Below, in pieces: positions 57,180-64,000 of a stretch of 64,000 nt of DNA (position 1 is the first letter of the stretch; every line of letters starts with the position of its first letter). The position numbers and the translations under genes were made by a program. Source of the DNA: Eledone cirrhosa. Its lineage: Eukaryota. The notes beneath the pieces were generated by a model. The model made no database searches. It was not told the origin of the DNA and worked only from the letters and a program-made list of their open reading frames with translations. Where the stretch lies: the NCBI GenBank assembly GCA_964016885.1, contig OZ024755.1, positions 39,618,001 to 39,682,000 on the forward strand. The letters are read 5' to 3'.

Positions 57180-58219
57180 CAGGTACAATCTATCTGACGG
57201 GCTTCCAAACAGTTTCTGTCAACAAAACTTCAATGACAAGGTGTCCGTCGTCTACCAGAGTTAATACAGGTACAATCTATCTGACGGGCTTCCAAACAGT
57301 TTCTGTCAACAAAACTTCAATGACAAGGTGTCCGTCGTCTACCAGAGTTAATACAGGTACAATCTATCTGACGGGCTTCCAAACAGTTTCTGTCAACAAA
57401 ACTTCAATGACAAGGTGTCCGTCGTCTACCAGAGTTAATACAGGTACAATCTATCTGACGGGCTTCCAAACAGTTTCTGTCAACAAAACTTCAATGACAA
57501 GGTGTCCGTCGTCTACCAGAGTTAATACAGGTACAATCTATCTGACGGGCTTCCAAACAGTTTCTGTCAACAAAACTTCAATGACAAGGTGTCCGTCGTC
57601 TACCAGAGTTAATACAGGTACAATCTATCTGACGGGCTTCCAAACAGTTTCTGTCAACAAAACTTCAATGACAAGGTGTCCGTCGTCTAACAGAGTTAAT
57701 ACAGGTACAATCTATCTGACGGGCTTCCAAACAGTTTCTGTCAACAAAACTTCAATGACAAGGTGTCCGTCGTCTACCAGAGTTAATACAGGTACAATCT
57801 ATCTGACGGGCTTCCAAACAGTTTCTGTCAACAAAACTTCAATGACAAGGTGTCCGTCGTCTAACAGAGTTAATACAGGTACAATCTATCTGACGGGCTT
57901 CCAAACAGTTTCTGTCAACAAAACTTCAATGACAAGGTGTCCGTCGTCTACCAGAGTTAATACAGGTACAATCTATCTGACGGGCTTCCAAACAGTTTCT
58001 GTCAACAAGACTTCAATGACAAGGTGTCCGTCGTCTACCAGAGTTAATACAGGTACAATCTATCTGACGGGCTTCCAAACAGTTTCTGTCAACAAGACTT
58101 CAATGACAAGGTGTCCGTCGTCTACCAGAGTTAATGCAGGTACAATCTATCTGACGGGCTTCCAAACAGTTTCTGTCAACAAGACTTCAATGACAAGGTG
58201 TCCGTCGTCTACCAGAGTT
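57180..58219. repeat. 87-bp tandem repeat, ~12 near-identical copies
   Basis: CAGGTACAATCTATCTGACGGGCTTCC at an 87-bp period. This accounts for the 443-aa ORF. Confidence 0.97.
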
Positions 58220-58485
58220 GAGCGTACAGGACATTTTCTCAGATCGAAACCAGAATCTTATGATTTCAAAGCGAAATCCTTAACCATTCGTCCATGCAGT
58301 GTTGACAGATTTTAGAAATATGAAACATAGATTAGGCTTTTAGTTCTATAGAAATGTATCGATCTGTATTGTATGGAAGGGGAATCAATTGATGGTGTAC
58401 TCTCTAATGAGATATCACAAAGTGATTTGTGAAATCACTCTTCCGGAACGATCTACATGAATTTGGTAATTGAATGGATCTAGTG

Positions 58486-59860
58486 ATGGTGGTGGTGGTG
58501 GTGGTGGTGGTGGTGGTGGTGGTGTTGGTGGTGTTGGTGGTGTTGGTGGTGGTGGTGGTGGTGGTGGTGGTGGTGTTGGTGGTGTTGGTGGTGATGGTGG
58601 TGGTGGTGGTGGTGGTGGTGTTGGTGATGGTGGTGTTGGTGGTGGTGGTGGTGGTGGTGGTGGTGGTGGTGGTGGTGGTGGTGTTGGTGGTGTTGGTGAT
58701 GGTGGTGTTGGTGGTGATGGTGGTGTTGGTGGTGGTGGTGGTGGTGGTGGTGGTGTTGGTGGTGGTGGTGTTGGCGGTGGTGGTGGTGGTGGTGGTGGTA
58801 GTGTTGGTGTTGGTGTTGGTGATGGTGGTGTTGGTGGTGGTGGTGTTGGTGTTGGCGGTGTTGGTGGTGTTGGTGTTGGTGATGGTGGTGGTGGTGGTGG
58901 TGGTGGTGTTGGTGTTGGTGGTGGTGGTGGTAGTGTTGGTGGTGGTGTTGGTGGTGGTGGTGGTGGTGGTGTTGGTGGTGGTGTTGGTGGTGTTGGTGGT
59001 GTTGGTGTTGGTGATGGTGGTGTGGGTGGTGTTGGTGATGGTGGTGTTGGTGGTGTTGGTGTTGGCGGTGTTGGTGGTGTTGGTGTTGGTGATGGTGGTG
59101 GTGTTGGTGGTGGTGGTGGTGGTGGTGGTGGTAATGGTGGTGGTGGTGTTGGTGGTGTTGGTGGTGTTCGTGGTGGTGGTGGTGGTGTTGGTGGTGGTGG
59201 TGGTGGTGGTGGTGTTGGTGGTGGTGTTGGTGTTGGTGTTGGTGGTGTTGGTGTTGGTGGTGGTGGTGGTGGTGGTGGTGATGGTGGTGATGGTGGTGAT
59301 GGTAGTGGTGGTAGGTGTTTGGTGCCGGTGATGGTTGGTGGTGTTGGTGATGCGGGTGTTGGTGGTGATGATGGTGGTGGTAATGGTGGTGATGATAATG
59401 GTGGTGATGGTGATGGTGGGCGTTGGCGGTGTTGGTGTTGGTGATGCGGGTGATGGTGGTGGCGGTGATGATGGTGGTGGTGGTATTGGTGGGTGTTGGT
59501 GGTGGTGGTGGTGATGATTGTGGTGGTGGTGGTGGTGATGGTGGCTGTGGCTGTTGTTGCGTTGGTGGTGGTGGTGATGTGGGCGTTGTTGTTGTTGTTG
59601 GTGTTGGTGTTGGTAATGGTGGTTTGGTGGTGGTGGTAATGGTGATGGTGATGGCGGCGGCGGTGATGGTAGTCGTGGTGGTAGTAGTGATGTGGGTAGT
59701 GGTGATGGTGATGGTGGCGGTGGTGATATGGGAGTTGTCGTTGTTGGTGGCGGTAGTGGTGGTGATGTGTGGTGGTGGTGGTGGTGGTGGTGGTGGTAGT
59801 GGTGGTGATGGGTGGTGGTGGTGGCTGTGGTGGTGGTGGTTGTGATGATGATGATGGTGT
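58486..59860. repeat. Degenerate (GGT)n trinucleotide tract
   Basis: Direct reading. The poly-G/V/H ORFs are artefacts. Confidence 0.95.
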
Positions 59861-60170
59861 GTTTTCACCATGATGATAATTATATTGATGGTGCTGCTAA
59901 TGATAATAGTTTTAATGATAAGGAGCAGTGGTGGAGGAGGGTGGTCTGAGGGGGCGGAGGATGTGTGGGGGCGAGAGATCACGTGGTGGAGGTAGTGCAG
60001 GAAAGGGGGTGGATGAGGAGGTGAAGGAGATAACAATAGCCATAATTCTCCCCAGCTACCAGTAATAACCATATCATTATAACTCTCTCTATGTGGTAAC
60101 ATAGATATACAGATATACACATTTGTAATACATCAACACAGAGAAAGATTGGCTGGTCATACATAGATGT

Positions 60171-60243
<73 letters not shown>

Positions 60244-60466
60244 ATATATACACATATATAGATACACATGTAATTATGTAGATTAATTTATTTTTATCTC
60301 TACAAACTGTTAAATAGAAGACTTTATATAAGTTGGAGAATTTAAGGGGTGATTACAGTAATTATTTTATATTTAAGTATCCAGAAAATATCTTATTATG
60401 AGTAATCAGTCAAACGAAAACCCATACGGACACACACATATACAAATATATACATATACAAATATT

Positions 60467-60500
<34 letters not shown>

Positions 60501-60582
60501 ATATATATAAATGTATCATATATGGATGATGGACATGATGTTAGTCTTAAGGTTAATGTCGCAAATTTTAATTTTGTCTTTG

Positions 60583-60776
60583 CATGCCACTGACATACAC
60601 ACGCACACAACGCATGCCGCTGACATACACACGCACACAACGCATGCCGCTGACATACACACGCACACAACGCATGCCGCTGACATACACACGCACACAA
60701 CGCATGCCGCTGACATACACACGCACACAACGCATGCCGCTGACATACACACGCACACAACGCATGCCGCTGACAC
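60583..60776. repeat. 30-bp tandem repeat x~6.5
   Basis: CATGCCGCTGACATACACACGCACACAACG. Confidence 0.95.
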
Positions 60777-61878
60777 ATTATAATCATACATACACTCCAC
60801 GTGCATTCCATATATACTGTTATGAAACACACCCTTTATATTCCATGTATACATCAACCCCATGCACATCTCATATATACTTTTATGAAATGGATGTTAC
60901 ACATAACCACAATATATATAACTTGTTTGTGTACGCACAGCCCACACCTATCCACAAGCCACGAGACCTGAATCATGCGCAGACTCCCACCCAGTGCCTT
61001 AGACCACCAGCCCCAATGTATATTATATAAATATTTGCACTACAGCCCCTAAGTATTGTATGCAACTTTAGGCACACCTCGATAATGCCCGGCCCCCCTC
61101 TGCATCCTTGTCATGTATGCATTCACTTTTTCCAGCATTTTATTTATTTTTTATTTTTTTTTATTTTTGTATATTATTTCATTATTATATTATTTTGTTA
61201 TGTACGTACAGATTTTTTTTTATATATGTGCCACCCACGCTATATGCGATTAGTGCAGGGATATTGTGCTGCCTCAACATTTATGTATATAGTGCAGACA
61301 CCCTCGGACTCATACCGCCACGTGATCGGGTTGTGTCAAAGCCTCAAATGCGTTGTCTCATATAACACTGTGTACACCATCTGCACAGCTGCGCGTGTGA
61401 GGACGGATGAGGGGGGGGGGGGTACTCATCAAGTATATGCCTCCGGTGTGGGAGCACGCGGGTGCATGTATGTATGTGTGTCCACACAGACATGCATGAG
61501 CACAGGTGTGCGCATGCCTGAGTCGATGTATTTGTCTGAGCATGTCTGCGTTGGGGTATGGATGACTATCTTTGGACTTTTCTTTTTTTCATCTGTCTAT
61601 ATATGTGCGGCGTATTGGCTATGCGCGCTTCCTTGAGTCCAGTGTGTGAGTGTAGACTTGGGTGTATTTGTTGAAAAAAACCTTTGATATAGCCCTTCTG
61701 TTTGAAAGGCCTTTGCAAGCTTTCATTTAAAAACGTTCTTAATACATGTTTTTCTTTTTCTTTTTCTTTTTGAAATATGTATGGCGGAGGGTATTCTAGG
61801 GCTGTGTCCTAGAAATGTTATGCTAAATATCCCTATAGTTTGTTTTATTTTAAAAATCCCTCCAATCATTATTTACAA

Positions 61879-62057
61879 TGGATTGGCAGTATCGGTAGAG
61901 GGTCGGACGCCATGCTTTCCAGCATAGTTACGTCCCTTTACGATCTGAGTTCAAATCCCGCCGAGGTTGACTTTGCCTTTCATCCTTACCGGGTCGATAA
62001 AATAAAGTACCAGTAATGCACTGGGTGATTGCTGGCCTTGTGCTTAAAGTAGAAACA
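61879..62057 (+). mobile_element. tRNA-derived SINE with TSD
   Basis: ATTATTTACAATG at 61868-61880 and 62058-62070. Confidence 0.88.
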
Positions 62058-62529
62058 ATTATTTACAATGACTGCCGCATTCAGCATAATTGCGGGTGTG
62101 TACCTGACCGCTGTGGATGAGGGCGCCTAGGGACAATGAAGACGTCGAAGTGATGCCAGTCGTTCACGATTACAGCCCCTCTCCCACCACAGTAGTAATT
62201 CTGATATATGAAGACATTTTCATTGACAGGTGGAGAAGGAGAACCAAACAGTGGACAAACATGAGTGGCTAGAAATAACAGTGACGTGTACAATTCTTGA
62301 CCACTCATGGAATCACAACAAGAGGATCTAAATCAACAAACGAAGAAATTCGTTGTTAAAGGACAATAGGAAAAACTGCTTCGTAGAATCGAGACGTATC
62401 TGAGGACCGCGCGATTTCAGAGTCAGGTTTGATCACCCTATCGATCGTACCTCGAGCTGGTCGCCCGAGAAATTGTAATATATCCAATAAATTCCTTTCG
62501 TCGCAACACTGATTCCCTTTTTTTCTGTG

Positions 62530-62589
<60 letters not shown>

Positions 62590-63290
62590 TTCGTTTCTGA
62601 ATTTGTTTAGCAAGATTCTTTATCTGAAAACGTGTGTTGAAACCGATATTGTTATGCTTTGGGAGGGTCATGTTGCCAATAAGAAACACACGCACCAGTT
62701 GCTTTCACTCCAATTTATTATAAGTTAAATTTATAAATTTAAGAATTTATGAATTTCCGGTTGGTTGGTTGGTTCCACAACCAGACGATTGTTCATATAT
62801 TGTCAAAGTTCTTTCGTCACACATTCTGTGACCTCTTCAGTGACTGGGGATTCTTTTCTTTGTTTTTGTGCCTCTCCTTTGTTCTGTCCTACGCCATCTT
62901 GTTTGGTGTGTGTGTTGTGTGCTTAGTTTGAGCATGTGTTACATCCGGGTGTCTGTGTGTGTTTATATTTGTTTATTTATTTGTTTATTTACATGTTACT
63001 GGTTGGTTGTTTGTTCTATATGTGTGTGTGTTTTCATTTTGTCTTTAATTGTAAGTTGTGATGTTGCTGTTCCATTCATGTTTTCTATTTAATTTTGGTT
63101 GGAGTTGATTTATGTTTATTGCCTCTGTGATTTGTCTAAACATTGCGTCTTTTCTGTGTGTAGATGCTATTTTTATTTCTATGTTCTCTAATTTACCCTT
63201 ATGTTCTATTTTATATGTATATATATAAAGCCTTAATTGAAATAAGTACTCAGCTAATATAATCTTTGCTTACCAGAAGCGTTTGAAATA

Positions 63291-63480
63291 ATTGTTTCTA
63301 TTTTAGGCACAAGGCCAGCAATTAACCAGTACATTACTGGTACTTTATTTTATCGACCCCGTAGAGGATCAAAGGCAAAGTTAACCTCGGTGGGATTTGA
63401 ACTCAGATCATAAAGTGACGTAACTCTATGCTTCAAAGCATGGTGTCCGACTCTCTACCGATACTGCCAATCCACCGCCG
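63291..63480 (-). mobile_element. tRNA-derived SINE with TSD
   Basis: AGAAGCGTTTGAAATAAT at 63275-63292 and 63484-63501. Confidence 0.88.
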
Positions 63481-63589
63481 ATTAGAAGCGTTTGAAATAA
63501 TGGCTTCTAACTGGAAGTTATTAAATACAATAAACGAGGTAACTCCATCTTGTCAACATAAAACACTTTATTCCTTTTACTCTAAAATT

Positions 63590-64000
63590 AGCGTCGACTG
63601 ATCAAAATTGATCAAGGACACACCCGTGCCAGTTTCCCTGGCTACCCTCTCTACGATGTATCGGACGAGGTGGAGCTTGTCGTGGATGGATCTATTTAGA
63701 ATGGTGCATATCTGCACCTCACCCACCAGACCACCGACGACAAGCGCCAAACTTTTGCTAGCACCTTGGCCAAAATTTTGAACTCTGCGTTTAACAGAGT
63801 TATGGGCCTGAAATTATCTATGGTGAACCCCTTGTTCGGGTTCTTTCTAAGCAGCGTCACAGCTCCTCGGCTCACAGAGCTGAGAATTCACCCGTCCATG
63901 CTGCCAGTTGCAGTAGACGTCCGTAGACGTCCGCCAACAGGTCTCCCAACCAGTTTGGCATATGTACGTGAAGTTCGTATGGTAGACCATCCAAACCAAG
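63590..64000 (-). mobile_element. L1/Tx1-clade LINE RT fragment
   Basis: GLDGLPYE..VTLLRKNPNKG..NFRPITLLNAEFKILAKVLA..RSIHDKLHLVR..SLINFDQ. Confidence 0.85.

Noticed and set aside
56984-58315. 443-aa repeat protein ORF
   Set aside because: It results from an 87-bp (multiple of 3) tandem repeat preceded by an RTE tail, with no gene features.
58470-60120. Gly-, Val- and His-rich long ORFs
   Set aside because: A (GGT)n tract is open in several frames on both strands.

Overview
AT-rich, microsatellite-saturated eukaryotic DNA. The SINE and repeat content resembles an octopus/cephalopod genome (inference). I can support no intact host gene, and nearly all ORF-track entries are (TA)n/(CA)n/(GA)n/(GGT)n artefacts. 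Recognisable transposon debris includes about 10 copies of a tRNA-derived SINE with target-site duplications (TSDs), CR1-like, RTE, L1/Tx1 and CRE-like LINE fragments, two Tc1/mariner relics, a Helitron relic and SINE-seeded minisatellites. The main signal is about 40 type I hammerhead-ribozyme (HHR) motifs, read by eye and belonging to more than 10 sequence families. Nearly all have a self-complementary stem III, and they sit in short non-coding units inserted into (TA)n tracts. These units occur as tandem arrays (310, 422, ~462 and 591 bp periods) and as fold-back palindromes, including a 2.7-kb palindrome with 8 identical HHRs. Many families share a short 3'-subterminal motif. A Penelope-like element lacking reverse transcriptase (RT) but encoding a GIY-YIG endonuclease lies among them. 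Together this looks like a (TA)n-targeting Penelope/retrozyme (circular RNA) system. Ribozyme activity and mobility are inferred, not shown.
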